From the NCBI GenBank assembly GCA_963705505.1, contig CAVPJU010000010.1, forward strand, positions 28,488 through 92,487: DNA of 64,000 nt. The letters are read 5' to 3'. Positions within the stretch are counted from its first letter, which is position 1. Each line of letters starts with the position of its first letter. This DNA comes from an uncultured bacterium (GTDB taxonomy: Bacteria > Desulfobacterota_D > UBA1144 > Nemesobacterales > UBA2774). The notes beneath the pieces were generated by a model. The model had not been told where the DNA came from. It did not search any database and worked only from the letters and a program-made list of their open reading frames with translations. Shown here piece by piece: positions 1-10,121 of the stretch. The position numbers and the translations under genes were made by a program.

Positions 1-707
1 GGAGGGTTATCCACGATCCTTCTTAAACCGTCCTTGACATCGGTAAGCTTGGGAAATAAAGCCTCGGATGTCCGGGACCGGGCTTCCTCTTTCTTCTTCT
101 CTATCCTTTTTACCGCGTCCTCGTGGTCTTTAAACGCCTCTATCAGGTCATCCAGGGTGATTTTCGAGTACCAAAGCTCTAACATTTTCATATCGGCGTA
201 TTCCCACATACGCGTTCTGTACGACTCGACGGCTGCCCTGACCGCCTCCTCTGCTTCTTTTTTCGAGAAATCGAGATCTCTCGCACATAGCACTATGCTT
301 ACCGCAAGCCGTTTTATGTCCCACTCCCATGCCCCCGGAAATGTTTCATCGAAATCGTTGATGTCGAATGCAAGGTTCCGCTCTGGCGTAGCGAAGCCGC
401 CGAAATTCATCAGGTGGCAATCGCCGCAGGCCTGGACGGTGATCCCCGATGCCGGAGAAAGCATGAGGTCCCGCGCCTGAATAATTGCCGATCCGCGGAA
501 GAAAGCGAAGGGTGTCTGGGCCATTCTGCCGTAGCGGATGGCGATGAGGCCGGGAATCCTGTCGGCGTTGGATTCTTCGAGAAGATCAACAACGGCCTGA
601 GGGCGAGGCCTCGGATTCCATTCCGCATGCGCCGAGCGCGGACACTTTTCGCGAAGGGCTTTACCCCGTTTCCGCCTCTCTGCATTGGTCAAGGTTTTAG
701 GCTTCAT
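1..707 (-). CDS. DUF2252 domain protein (N-terminal part; gene runs off the window start)
   Basis: Reverse-strand translation from ATG at 707 reads MKPKTLTNAERRKRGKALREKCPRS...RYGRMAQTPFAFFRGSA.., typical of the DUF2252 family. It is absent from the ORF track because no stop falls inside the window. Confidence 0.6.
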   Translation of the reverse strand, partial: MKPKTLTNAERRKRGKALREKCPRSAHAEWNPRPRPQAVVDLLEESNADRIPGLIAIRYGRMAQTPFAFFRGSAIIQARDLMLSPASGITVQACGDCHLMNFGGFATPERNLAFDINDFDETFPGAWEWDIKRLAVSIVLCARDLDFSKKEAEEAVRAAVESYRTRMWEYADMKMLELWYSKITLDDLIEAFKDHEDAVKRIEKKKEEARSRTSEALFPKLTDVKDGLRRIVDNP

Positions 708-961
708 CCGAATGTATGCTCCGCTCTTATTTCCCCGGCCGCTTCAAGTTTCAGACAATAGGCTGCATCAACCGGAGGCTGATTGAATACTTATCAGTAT
801 TCATTACAAAAAATTATAATTGATATACATGGATCAACGCAATGGATAACTTTCTGTTTGCCGGATAGAATGAGGTGAACTGCCGGAACCGATTCAGTCA
901 TAGATTATCACTCCCGCTGCGGCCCCCTGGGCGGTCGTGCCTGCCCATTTCCTGTTGTGAA

Positions 962-1423
962 TTAAATATTTGCCGAGTGCTCTTTCCAATGTTCCTTAGG
1001 TGAGCCAAGTTCTTTAAGCTTCGTTTCGAATTCGCTCAGAATCTGTAACTGCCTTTTATCCAGAGGCCGGTCGAATTGATCGCTGTGGAGTATTCGAATG
1101 ACGACGACATAGTCTTTTCTCTTTGTCTTGAGGTCGTCCGGGAGGTAGAAGACGACATTGTCATGTCTCCTTATCTCGAACCTGACATCCGGCTCGTCTC
1201 CGGAGGTGAGCCACAGGGCAAGCTCGTAGAGCTTGTCGAATACAGTCGGCTCTCCACTGGTATCTTCCCTAACTAAATTATCTGCATCCGTACCTACGAG
1301 CGCTACTGCCATGCCGACTTTGACGGGTCTGCCCTCGTCTCCCGGCAACTCTATCGGCAGGGTAGTCCAGAATACCTTGTGGTCTCTCACTAGACGTTTC
1401 ATTTCACTACTTTCCTTATCCAT
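962..1423 (-). CDS. hypothetical protein (153 aa), no recognisable domain
   Basis: Complete ORF in the six-frame track. I recognise no motif. Confidence 0.4.
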   Translation of the reverse strand: MDKESSEMKRLVRDHKVFWTTLPIELPGDEGRPVKVGMAVALVGTDADNLVREDTSGEPTVFDKLYELALWLTSGDEPDVRFEIRRHDNVVFYLPDDLKTKRKDYVVVIRILHSDQFDRPLDKRQLQILSEFETKLKELGSPKEHWKEHSANI

Positions 1424-1711
1424 CTACCGACCCTTACCTATTTCTTCGGCTGCAATTGCGGCACTCCACTTTACAATGTTGTAGAGTATACTTTGATTTC
1501 CCCTGTAAATCCATGATGAAATTTTAATCAACGAAGTCGTAACCCCCGTCTATCTCTATTATTTTTCCTGTAATTAGCTTTGAAATGTCCATGTCGAGGC
1601 CAGCTTCGGTTTCCGCCTTTTTTTGTAGCTGGCTTAAGTGATCTCTCGATTCGAGCAATCTCGCCAGTCAGGACGAGGCTAACAACCGGAATGATTTCGG
1701 TCATGAGTTCG

Positions 1712-2626
1712 TTACACCCGCCGCGGCCCCTTTTCCAGTCGGCCCCAGCCGAGCGCAATCAGGGCGGAGGCTAAAGTCTGGAATATGCCGTACACCAATA
1801 CCGCGGTCACGGCCGGCGTGCCCGGGAAGCTCCCCGTGGCAATGACGAGGCTCACACTGACATTGCGCACGGATGTCGTGAGCGCCATACTCTTACGGTT
1901 CGCGCTCCCGGATTCGCTCAGCAGAAAACCCGCCGCCAGGGATAAAATAAGGAGCGCGATCATTCCGGCGTAACCTCTCATGCTGACCGCGGTGAGCACG
2001 TGGAACTGGACTACAAGGATAAACCCCAGAACCAGTAGATTGAGAGCCTTGCTTAACTGGTTGAACGGTTTCTGCAGCCTTGCTGCTAGTGCAGGACGCC
2101 ACTGGCGAACGAAAAGCCCGATGCACAAAGGCATTAATTGAGTCACGAGGAGCGTGATGAGAACCCTGCCCGCATCTACGCTAAGCGTTTCGCCTCCCCC
2201 CATCAACGGCAGTAGCAAATACAACAGCACCGGGGCGACGATCGCAGACGATCCCGCTAGAATTACCATCAACCCGACCGCTGCGGACACATTGCCTTTG
2301 GCGATCGCGGTGAAGGGCGGAGCGTAGGGAGCGCCGGGGCACGCAGCGACAATGAGAAACCCCGCGGCCACCAGGGGATCGGGATGAAACAAAAGCAGTA
2401 ATCCAAGCACGGCAAGGGGAACGCAAACATAGTTGGCAAGCGCGGCACGCGTCACGAGGCGGAGGTTCCGGGCAACGCCCATTATCTCCGCAAACCTCAC
2501 GCTCAGACCGATGGCCACCATCATCTCAAACAGAGTGATCGTAATGAGGATGTTGATCAGCTTGTCAATCGTCATCGCGGTACCCCATATCGGCCGGGTG
2601 AGGACTATGCTATCGCTCACGAACAA
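1712..2626 (-). CDS. bile acid:sodium symporter (BASS/SBF) family transporter
   Basis: A 304-aa polytopic membrane protein with Gly/Pro-rich helices, resembling SBF-family transporters. Confidence 0.6.
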   Translation of the reverse strand: MFVSDSIVLTRPIWGTAMTIDKLINILITITLFEMMVAIGLSVRFAEIMGVARNLRLVTRAALANYVCVPLAVLGLLLLFHPDPLVAAGFLIVAACPGAPYAPPFTAIAKGNVSAAVGLMVILAGSSAIVAPVLLYLLLPLMGGGETLSVDAGRVLITLLVTQLMPLCIGLFVRQWRPALAARLQKPFNQLSKALNLLVLGFILVVQFHVLTAVSMRGYAGMIALLILSLAAGFLLSESGSANRKSMALTTSVRNVSVSLVIATGSFPGTPAVTAVLVYGIFQTLASALIALGWGRLEKGPRRV

Positions 2627-2947
2627 TAACCTTCATGGACTATAGCATACTTAGAGCTGTTCATCGTCCGTCGGCCGGGATTCGGGCAGCTCAAAAAAAC
2701 TTTTAGTGGATGAGAGTTAGTTAAATAGTAGTGGTCAAGACCGTCCGGTTAAAATAGATTTAGCCAACTTCCCTAAGCAAACATTAAGAAATGTAACCCG
2801 AAATCTGTATGTTTTTCTGACAATCTCATTCATTTCATCGATTGTAAAATAACAAAACAATCAATATTTCTAGAATGATACACCGAATCCCCAAATTGGC
2901 ATGAAATGTGCCCATAATTAATAAGAAGCATAAAAGGGAGGCGTAGC

Positions 2948-4672
2948 ATGAAAAGAATCCTGTTTGCAATATTCTTGATTTGTTCTTTTTCAATCGTTGT
3001 CAATCAAACTGCATTCTGCAAGGGAAACGACGCCAGGGCCGGTCAGGCCTACGAGCATAAGGAGACTCTCGATATAGTCGCTTTGGTAGATGACGCGGCA
3101 GAGTTGGTCAGCACCAAAGGAGAAGCGGCCTTTAGCGATTTCCGTGTGTCCGGCAGCCGCTGGCGGCAGGGAGATATGTATATATTTGTGCTGGATACTC
3201 AGGGGAACATGCTTGTTCATCCCGATCCGTCAATGGAAGGCAAGAACGAGCTTGATCTGAAGGACATCAACGGGAAACCCGTCATCCGGGGACTCATCGG
3301 CGCAGCTATGGTTCCAGGCAAATCCGAAGGCTGGTACCACTACGAATGGCCTGTTCCGGGGGGCATTCTTCCCCGATGGAAGAGCACCTACGTCCGGCTC
3401 GTGACGGCTCCCGACGGCAAGAGTTATATCGTGGGCAGCGGCATCTACAACGACCGCATGGAAAGAGCCTTCGTCGTGGATATGGTGCGGGACGCAGTCG
3501 CGCAGATCGAGAAGAACGGCGAGGCGGCTTTTAGCCTCTTCCATGATAGGACAGGTCCATTTATCGCAAAGGACGCCTACATTTTTGTCATCGACCCGAG
3601 CGGAGTCGATCTCGTCAATCCGGGCTTTCCGAACCTGGAAGGCCGCAACATTCTGGACGTGAAGGACACCCAGGGAAGGATGTTGATCCGGGAGATGCTC
3701 CGGGTCGTCGAAACCAGCGGTTCCGGCTGGGTCGACTATATGTGGCCCAAACCGGGAGAAAGTGTCTCCACTCAGAAATCCGCTTATGTGAGCAAGGCGA
3801 AGATGGGCGACCAGTGGGTGCTGGTAGGTAGCGGTGTATACCTTGCCGATGCTCCCAAAGCGGTCCAGGCCGGCGAGAAGATGACCGCTTCGGAGCTGAT
3901 GACGCTTGTCCGGGAAGGAGCAGCGGTCCTGGAAAAGCAAGGCGAGAAGGCTTATCCCGAGTTCCGACAGAAAGGATCAAAGTGGTTCCGTGATGATACT
4001 TATTTCTTTGTCTGGACCATGGACGGAACCAGAGTTTTTCATGCCGCGGATCCATCACTCGAGGGCCGGAATGCAAGCGGTGTCAAGGATGTCCTGGGAA
4101 GACCCTATGGCAAGATGTTCCTGGAGACGGCTGCCGGACCTGCCGGTGAGGGGTGGGTCCACTACATGTATCCCGAGCCGGGGAACATTTTCCCGACGTG
4201 GAAGTCAACTTTCGTGAAGCGGGTGACCTTTCCTTCCGGGAAAGAGTACATCATCGGTTCCGGTATCTACAACATGCAGATGGATAAGCCCTTCGTCGAG
4301 GATGTGGTGAATCGTGCCGCTGCCCTTGTCGCGGAACAGGGGAAGGATGCCTTTAGCCAATTGCGCGACAAGACGGGGCCCTTCATATTTATGGATACCT
4401 ATGTGTTTGTCGATACACCCGATGGCACCGAGCTGGTGAATCCCGCCCAGCCCAGCCTGGAAGGAAAGAATCTCATTGACCTGAGGGATCTGAAGGGGAA
4501 AGCGGTAGTCCGGGAGGAAATCGCCGCCGCCATGAAAGACGGCAGCGCCTGGCTCGATCTCTACTGGTACAAGCCCGGACAAAATACTCCTGCACGAAAG
4601 CGGACCTTCGTGAGGAAGGTGCAATCCGGTGAGGAGACTTATATCGTCGGCTCGGGTTTCTACCCGGAATAG
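2948..4672 (+). CDS. secreted protein with four tandem single-Cache (sCache_2-like) domains
   Basis: N-terminal signal peptide (MKRILFAIFLICSFSIVVNQTAFC). Four ~140-aa repeats each carry the motif YIFV.D..G..LVHP......G.N..D..D..G.......W..Y.WP.PG.......KS.YV......YI.GSGIY. RBS AAGGGAGG lies upstream. Confidence 0.7.
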   Translation: MKRILFAIFLICSFSIVVNQTAFCKGNDARAGQAYEHKETLDIVALVDDAAELVSTKGEAAFSDFRVSGSRWRQGDMYIFVLDTQGNMLVHPDPSMEGKNELDLKDINGKPVIRGLIGAAMVPGKSEGWYHYEWPVPGGILPRWKSTYVRLVTAPDGKSYIVGSGIYNDRMERAFVVDMVRDAVAQIEKNGEAAFSLFHDRTGPFIAKDAYIFVIDPSGVDLVNPGFPNLEGRNILDVKDTQGRMLIREMLRVVETSGSGWVDYMWPKPGESVSTQKSAYVSKAKMGDQWVLVGSGVYLADAPKAVQAGEKMTASELMTLVREGAAVLEKQGEKAYPEFRQKGSKWFRDDTYFFVWTMDGTRVFHAADPSLEGRNASGVKDVLGRPYGKMFLETAAGPAGEGWVHYMYPEPGNIFPTWKSTFVKRVTFPSGKEYIIGSGIYNMQMDKPFVEDVVNRAAALVAEQGKDAFSQLRDKTGPFIFMDTYVFVDTPDGTELVNPAQPSLEGKNLIDLRDLKGKAVVREEIAAAMKDGSAWLDLYWYKPGQNTPARKRTFVRKVQSGEETYIVGSGFYPE

Positions 4673-4837
4673 CAAATGAATATCTGCGCTAAGCTTGCAA
4701 GAAACGAATAAGGGTGAAATTCACGGAACGATAAAATGGTAAAAGCTGTGCTGGAGGCTGAATGAGCGGTCTGCCAGTCGGATAAAACGGCTGGGAGAAG
4801 GCGGGCCGGACTTGCAGAAAATCTATGAATTAGCTAA

Positions 4838-4867
4838 TGTTATTAATATGATAGAATACGTAACGCC
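4838..4867 (+). repeat. direct repeat copy 1 (28/30 identical to 12042..12071); contains a pseudo-start ATG ATA GAA TAC GTA ACG CCA TAG
   Basis: tgttattaatatgatagaatacgtaacgcc here versus tgttattaatatgatagattacgtaactcc at the radical-SAM gene start. Confidence 0.7.
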
Positions 4868-4914
4868 ATAGGTCAGTTATGTATTCCAATATCACAATCA
4901 ACGCATATGTCGGT

Positions 4915-7299
4915 TTAGTGCGTGTTCCATTTCCAGTCCCGAATCTCGGGCATGTCTTCGCCGTGTTTGTGAATATAGTGTTTGTGGTCGAGCAGTTTGT
5001 CGCGGATGAATTGTTTGGCGTAGGCGCCCCTCGAGCCCAGACTCGAAACACGATCGATCACGTCACCGACCAAATGAAATCGGTCGAGGTCATTCAGGAC
5101 CGCCATGTCGAAGGGAGTTGTAGTGGTTCCCTCTTCCTTGTAACCGCGAACGTGCAAGTTCTTGTGGTTATTTCGGCGATAGGTCAGACGATGAATCAAC
5201 CAGGGATAACCATGATAGGCGAAGATGATCGGTTTGTCCTTGGTGAAGAGCAGATCGAAGTCATTGTCACTCAGTCCATGGGGATGCTCGCTTGCAGGCT
5301 GGAGCTTCATCAAGTCCACCACGTTAATCACGCGGATCTTTAGGTCTGGTAAGTGGTGTCGCAGTATCTCCACAGCTGCCAGCGTTTCCAAGGTCGGGAC
5401 ATCTCCCGCACAAGCCATCACTACATCCGGCTCGTCCCCCTCATCGTTGCTGGCCCACTCCCAAATGCCCAGCCCAGCCGTGCAGTGTTTAACGGCGGAA
5501 TCAATATCCAGCCATTGGAGCCCCGGCTGTTTGCCTGCAACAATAACATTGACGTAATGGCGGCTGCGCAGACAATGGTCGGCCACCGACAGCAAGGTGT
5601 TGGCATCAGGCGGTAGATATACGCGGATGATATTGGACTTCTTATTCACCACATGGTCGATGAAACCCGGGTCCTGGTGACTGAAACCGTTGTGGTCTTG
5701 ACGCCACACATGAGAGGTGAGCAGATAATTCAGCGAGGCGATGGGGCGTCTCCACGGGATGTGACGTGTCACCTTGAGCCATTTGGCATGTTGGTTGAAC
5801 ATCGAGTCCACGATGTGAATGAACGCTTCATAGCAGGAGAACAACCCGTGGCGACCGGTGAGGAGATAACCTTCCAACCAACCCTGACACAAATGCTCGC
5901 TCAGCACCTCCATTACCCGGCCGTCGGGTGATACATGGTCATCCGTTTTCAGAATTTCAGCGGTGGAGACGCGGTCGGTGATGTCGAACAAGTTCGTGAG
6001 ACGGTTCGACGCGGTTTCATCGGGGCCAAAAACCCGGAAGTTACGTTCTTCCCAATTCATTTTCATGACGTCCCGTACGAACGCTCCCATGATCCGAGTC
6101 GCTTCTGCAATTTCTGTGCCAGGCTGGGGAACAGCCACTGCATAATCTCGAAAATCCGGCATTTTCAGATCGCGAAGGAGAATCCCTCCATTAGCATGAG
6201 GATTGGCCCCCATTCGCCGCTCGCCCTTCGGGGCCAGTTCAGCGAGTTCTGGAATGAGTTTACCGCTCTCATCGAAAAGCTCCTCAGGCTTGTAGCTCTT
6301 CATCCATTGCTCCAGCATTTTCAGGTGCTGGGGGTTCGTCCCAATTTCTGAAAGAGGCACTTGGTGCGAGCGAAACGTGCCCTCGACCGGCAGGCCATCC
6401 ACTTCCTTCGGGCCTGTCCAACCCTTGGGTGTGCGCAAAATGATCATGGGCCACTGCGGCCGCTTCTTAAATCCTCCAGCGCGAGCCGTAGTCTGGATGT
6501 GTGTGATCTCCTCGATGATCGTATCCAGTGTGCCGGCCATGACCTGGTGAATTTCTTCGGGCTCTTCCCCCTCGACGAAATATGGATGGTAGCCATACCC
6601 ACGAAAGAGTTGGTCCAATTCCTCGTGACTGATACGCGCTAGGATGGTGGGGTTGGCAATCTTGTAGCCATTCAGGTGAAGAATGGGCAGGACCCCTCCA
6701 TCGTGGACGGGATTGAGGAATTTGTTCGAGTGCCAACTGGCGGCCAATGGACCAGTTTCTGCTTCGCCATCGCCGACTACACATGCGACCAGCAGGCCAG
6801 GATTGTCAAACGCAGCGCCATAAGCGTGGGCTAGCGAGTAGCCAAGTTCCCCTCCTTCGTTAATCGAGCCTGGTGTTTCCGGAGCGACGTGGCTGGGAAT
6901 CCCGCCGGGAAAGGAAAACTGGGTAAACAACTTTTTCATACCCGGTTCATCCTGCGAGACTTCCGGGTAGAATTCGCTGTAGGTGTCCTCCAGATAAGTG
7001 TTGGCTACCAATCCGGGTCCTCCGTGACCAGGACCGGCGACATAGATCATGTCGAGGTTATATTTTTTGATGACCCGGTTGAGATGAACATAGATAAAGT
7101 TCAAACCGGGCGTGGTGCCCCAATGACCGAGGAGTCGTGGCTTTACGTGCTCAAGCTTGAGCGGTTTCTTCAACCGCGGGTTGTCACAAAGATAAATTTG
7201 GCCGACAGATAGATAGTTGGCGGCACGCCAATAGGCATTCATCTTTCGCAGCTCATCGTCTGTGAGCGTCTTATCCGCAGGGTTCGTCTTTTTATTCAT
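4915..7299 (-). CDS. xfp: xylulose-5-phosphate/fructose-6-phosphate phosphoketolase
   Basis: 794/799 aa with the characteristic N-terminus ...[15 protein letters not shown]..., [13 protein letters not shown] and the TPP-binding region. The likely ATG start ([10 protein letters not shown]) is preceded by GAGGAG; the ORF track extends it 5 codons to a TTG. Confidence 0.93.
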   Translation of the reverse strand: MNKKTNPADKTLTDDELRKMNAYWRAANYLSVGQIYLCDNPRLKKPLKLEHVKPRLLGHWGTTPGLNFIYVHLNRVIKKYNLDMIYVAGPGHGGPGLVANTYLEDTYSEFYPEVSQDEPGMKKLFTQFSFPGGIPSHVAPETPGSINEGGELGYSLAHAYGAAFDNPGLLVACVVGDGEAETGPLAASWHSNKFLNPVHDGGVLPILHLNGYKIANPTILARISHEELDQLFRGYGYHPYFVEGEEPEEIHQVMAGTLDTIIEEITHIQTTARAGGFKKRPQWPMIILRTPKGWTGPKEVDGLPVEGTFRSHQVPLSEIGTNPQHLKMLEQWMKSYKPEELFDESGKLIPELAELAPKGERRMGANPHANGGILLRDLKMPDFRDYAVAVPQPGTEIAEATRIMGAFVRDVMKMNWEERNFRVFGPDETASNRLTNLFDITDRVSTAEILKTDDHVSPDGRVMEVLSEHLCQGWLEGYLLTGRHGLFSCYEAFIHIVDSMFNQHAKWLKVTRHIPWRRPIASLNYLLTSHVWRQDHNGFSHQDPGFIDHVVNKKSNIIRVYLPPDANTLLSVADHCLRSRHYVNVIVAGKQPGLQWLDIDSAVKHCTAGLGIWEWASNDEGDEPDVVMACAGDVPTLETLAAVEILRHHLPDLKIRVINVVDLMKLQPASEHPHGLSDNDFDLLFTKDKPIIFAYHGYPWLIHRLTYRRNNHKNLHVRGYKEEGTTTTPFDMAVLNDLDRFHLVGDVIDRVSSLGSRGAYAKQFIRDKLLDHKHYIHKHGEDMPEIRDWKWNTH

Positions 7300-7463
7300 C
7301 GATCTTCTCCTCAACGCTCACTGAGACTGATTAAGATGCATATACTCATTCATATATAAAATATACTTTCGTCATTCGGAAATAACTAATATGGTTATTC
7401 GTTCACACACGCCGAAGTAATATTGTCTCCGGCTTCATGGACGTTCCCGCGTTAAAAGTCGAG

Positions 7464-10007
7464 TCACCGCTGCCACAGGATGTGAGGGGCTTCCAGGGGA
7501 ACCACAACCCCGGGGTAGCTTGGTATCACTCGCGCCGTATAGTCAGTCGCCGGGCGTGTTGCAGGCACTCGTGCGCTATAGACGTAGACGCTAACTGCCC
7601 CCTCAGGTTGTCGGACCTGTGTCATTTCCTGCCGCACGGAACCGCCGCCGTTGAGTCCCCGGGCATAAAGCTCTACTCGTACCGCACTCGGGTCGAGGTC
7701 ATTAAGATAGACCTGAATTTCAAAGACATATTCTTCCCCATCGGTCTCAACCTTCTCGTCGCTTAAGCGCAGCGTATCCCAATTTTCTTTCAGAGCCTGT
7801 TGCCAATTGACTAGCTGCACACCCACTGCGCCTTTATCATATGCGCGTTTACGGCAGGCAGTTGCAGCCGGGAGGTAGTGATCCTCGGTATATTCGCGGA
7901 CTGTGCGGGCGGCGGAAAAACGCGGCGTCAATTGCGCCATGCTTTCCCGCATCCGCGCCACCCAAGCAGTGGGAATGCCCTTCGCGTCCCGGTTGTAGAA
8001 CTCGGGGATCACCTCGTGTTCGAGCAAGTCGTAGAGCGCTTCCGCTTCGGCAACGTCCCAGGCCGGATCGTTGCCATGTTCCCGGCCGTCACCCAACGCC
8101 CACCCCACTTCCGGAGTGTAGGCTTCCGCCCACCAGCCATCCAACTCCGAGAGGTTGATACCACCATTGACGAGCACCTTCATGCCGCTCGTTCCGCTGG
8201 CCTCCCATGGCCGTCGCGGCGTGTTGATCCAGACATCCACACCCTGTACCAGACGCTCAGCCAATGACATGTCGTAGTCACCGAGGAACATCACATGGTT
8301 GCGCGCCTTGGGCCTCAGGATGAATTGGATCCATTCACGGATCATGGCCTGGCCCGGATGGTCCGCCGGATGGCTCTTGCCGGCAATGATGAGTTGCGCG
8401 GGGCGCTGAGGGTTCGTTAACAGGCGAAGCAACCGGTCCGGGTCGTGCAGAAGGAGATTCGGTCTTTTATAGGTTGCGAAGCGGCGCGCAAAGCCCAACG
8501 TCAGTGTGTTGGGATTGAATAGGCGATTCACCCCCTTTGCCTTGGACGCCATTCCGGAGGCGGTCATTTGCTTTGTCAATCGTTCTCGAGCGTATTCAAT
8601 GAGAGACTTGCGGACAGTGGAGCGCAGTTGCCACAGCTTGGCGTCGGGGACGCGGCGTATGTCCTGGTCCAGGGTTTCCGTCGTTCTCCGCCAGGGGTGT
8701 TTCCCGCAAGCCTCGGTCCAAAGGCCGTCGGCGGCTGCCGAGTCCCAAGTTGTCATGTGGACTCCATTGGTCACGTGCCCGACCGGCACTTCATCCTCCG
8801 GCCAGCTAGGGAAAAGAGGTTGAAAAATGCGCCGGCTTACCTCCCCATGCAGGCGGCTCACCCCGTTTATCGCTCCACTTCCTCGAGCCGCAAGGTAAGC
8901 CATATTGAAAGGCTCTGACGAGTCGTTCGGGTTTTGCCGGCCAAGGGCCAGCAAATCGTAGAGTGCAATGCCGAGCTTATTTCGAGCGTAATCACCGAGG
9001 TACTGCTCGATGAGGTCAGGAGCGAAGCTGTCAAAACCGGCAGCCACCGGCGTGTGTGTGGTGAAGAGGTTACCAGCTCGTGTGACGGCAAGGGCGACCT
9101 CGAAAGATTGTCCTGTTTCCTCCATGAAACATCGTGCGCGTTCCAGCACCGCAAAAGCCGCATGCCCTTCATTCAGGTGGCAGACTTCCGGCTGGATGCC
9201 GAGCGAACGAAGTAGCCGCCAGCCGCCGATCCCTAGTACTAGTTCTTGCTTGAGGCGCAGCTCTGGCCCGCCCCCGTAAAGCTCGCTTGTAATTCCTCTA
9301 TGAGCCGGGAAGTTCACCGCGTCATTGCTGTCCAGCAGGTAAAGCTTCACTCTGCCAACCTGGACCTGCCATGCACGCAGCGAGACCGAGTAACCGGGTA
9401 ATTCGATCTCCACCCGCAACCACTCCCCGCTCGATTCCCGCAGGGGTAGGATCGGCAATTGACCGGCATCATTGAAGGGGAAGAGAGCCTGTTGCGCCCC
9501 GTCCTTGTCGATCACCTGGCGAAAATAGCCCTGCTGGTAGAGCAGCCCCACGGCGACCACCGGCACACCCAGGTCGCTGGCGGCTTTAAGCTGGTCGCCG
9601 GCCACATTGCCAAGCCCGCCTGAATAGATGGGGAGAGCTTCGCTCAACATGAATTCCATGCTGAAATAAGCGATATAGATCAGGGGTGCTTCTGGATGAT
9701 GTTGCTGAAACCATGCAGGCGTCCGGGCTGCCGACTGCCTATCCTGCAGCACGTCACTCAGCTGTTTGCGAAAGTCGGAATCGGATAAGACCCGCTCGAG
9801 CTGTTTCCTCGAGACAGTTTGCAGGACGACCCAGGGATTATGCGTACGTTCCCATAGCGCTGGATCAAGTTGCATCCAGATTCCATCGGCGGCATGATTC
9901 CACGCCGAGCGCATGTCCAGCGCCAACTCTGCGAGCGAATCGAATCCCTCCAGATCAGTGGGTAGAAAAGAGTAGATCGGGTTGTTAATGAGTGCTTGTT
10001 TGCTCAT
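7464..10007 (-). CDS. glgP: alpha-glucan (glycogen) phosphorylase, GT35 / GlgP family
   Basis: 847 aa with the DUF3417 N-terminal region and a GT35 phosphorylase core (..EASGTSGMK.. pyridoxal-phosphate lysine motif). A good RBS lies upstream. Confidence 0.88.
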   Translation of the reverse strand: MSKQALINNPIYSFLPTDLEGFDSLAELALDMRSAWNHAADGIWMQLDPALWERTHNPWVVLQTVSRKQLERVLSDSDFRKQLSDVLQDRQSAARTPAWFQQHHPEAPLIYIAYFSMEFMLSEALPIYSGGLGNVAGDQLKAASDLGVPVVAVGLLYQQGYFRQVIDKDGAQQALFPFNDAGQLPILPLRESSGEWLRVEIELPGYSVSLRAWQVQVGRVKLYLLDSNDAVNFPAHRGITSELYGGGPELRLKQELVLGIGGWRLLRSLGIQPEVCHLNEGHAAFAVLERARCFMEETGQSFEVALAVTRAGNLFTTHTPVAAGFDSFAPDLIEQYLGDYARNKLGIALYDLLALGRQNPNDSSEPFNMAYLAARGSGAINGVSRLHGEVSRRIFQPLFPSWPEDEVPVGHVTNGVHMTTWDSAAADGLWTEACGKHPWRRTTETLDQDIRRVPDAKLWQLRSTVRKSLIEYARERLTKQMTASGMASKAKGVNRLFNPNTLTLGFARRFATYKRPNLLLHDPDRLLRLLTNPQRPAQLIIAGKSHPADHPGQAMIREWIQFILRPKARNHVMFLGDYDMSLAERLVQGVDVWINTPRRPWEASGTSGMKVLVNGGINLSELDGWWAEAYTPEVGWALGDGREHGNDPAWDVAEAEALYDLLEHEVIPEFYNRDAKGIPTAWVARMRESMAQLTPRFSAARTVREYTEDHYLPAATACRKRAYDKGAVGVQLVNWQQALKENWDTLRLSDEKVETDGEEYVFEIQVYLNDLDPSAVRVELYARGLNGGGSVRQEMTQVRQPEGAVSVYVYSARVPATRPATDYTARVIPSYPGVVVPLEAPHILWQR

Positions 10008-10121
10008 GGTTTCTCCTTCAGATTTTTCCGTAAAGAAAATCCGGAACTACATTTACTATGTTTTTCCTTCGCTGCAATACACATCAACAGGCCTGCTTCA
10101 TATGTTGCGATAACGGCTCGA

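Noticed and set aside
1528-1758. 76-aa minus-strand ORF overlapping the 3' end of the BASS transporter, and a gccagc...gctggc hairpin at ~1600-1640
   Set aside because: The ORF is basic and low-complexity and overlaps a real gene. The hairpin has a 25-nt loop and no U-tract, so it is not a convincing terminator.
3230-4076. Minus-strand ORFs (236 aa, 153 aa) inside the Cache-repeat gene
   Set aside because: Shadow ORFs, Arg/Pro-rich and without motifs, overlapping a well-supported coding region.
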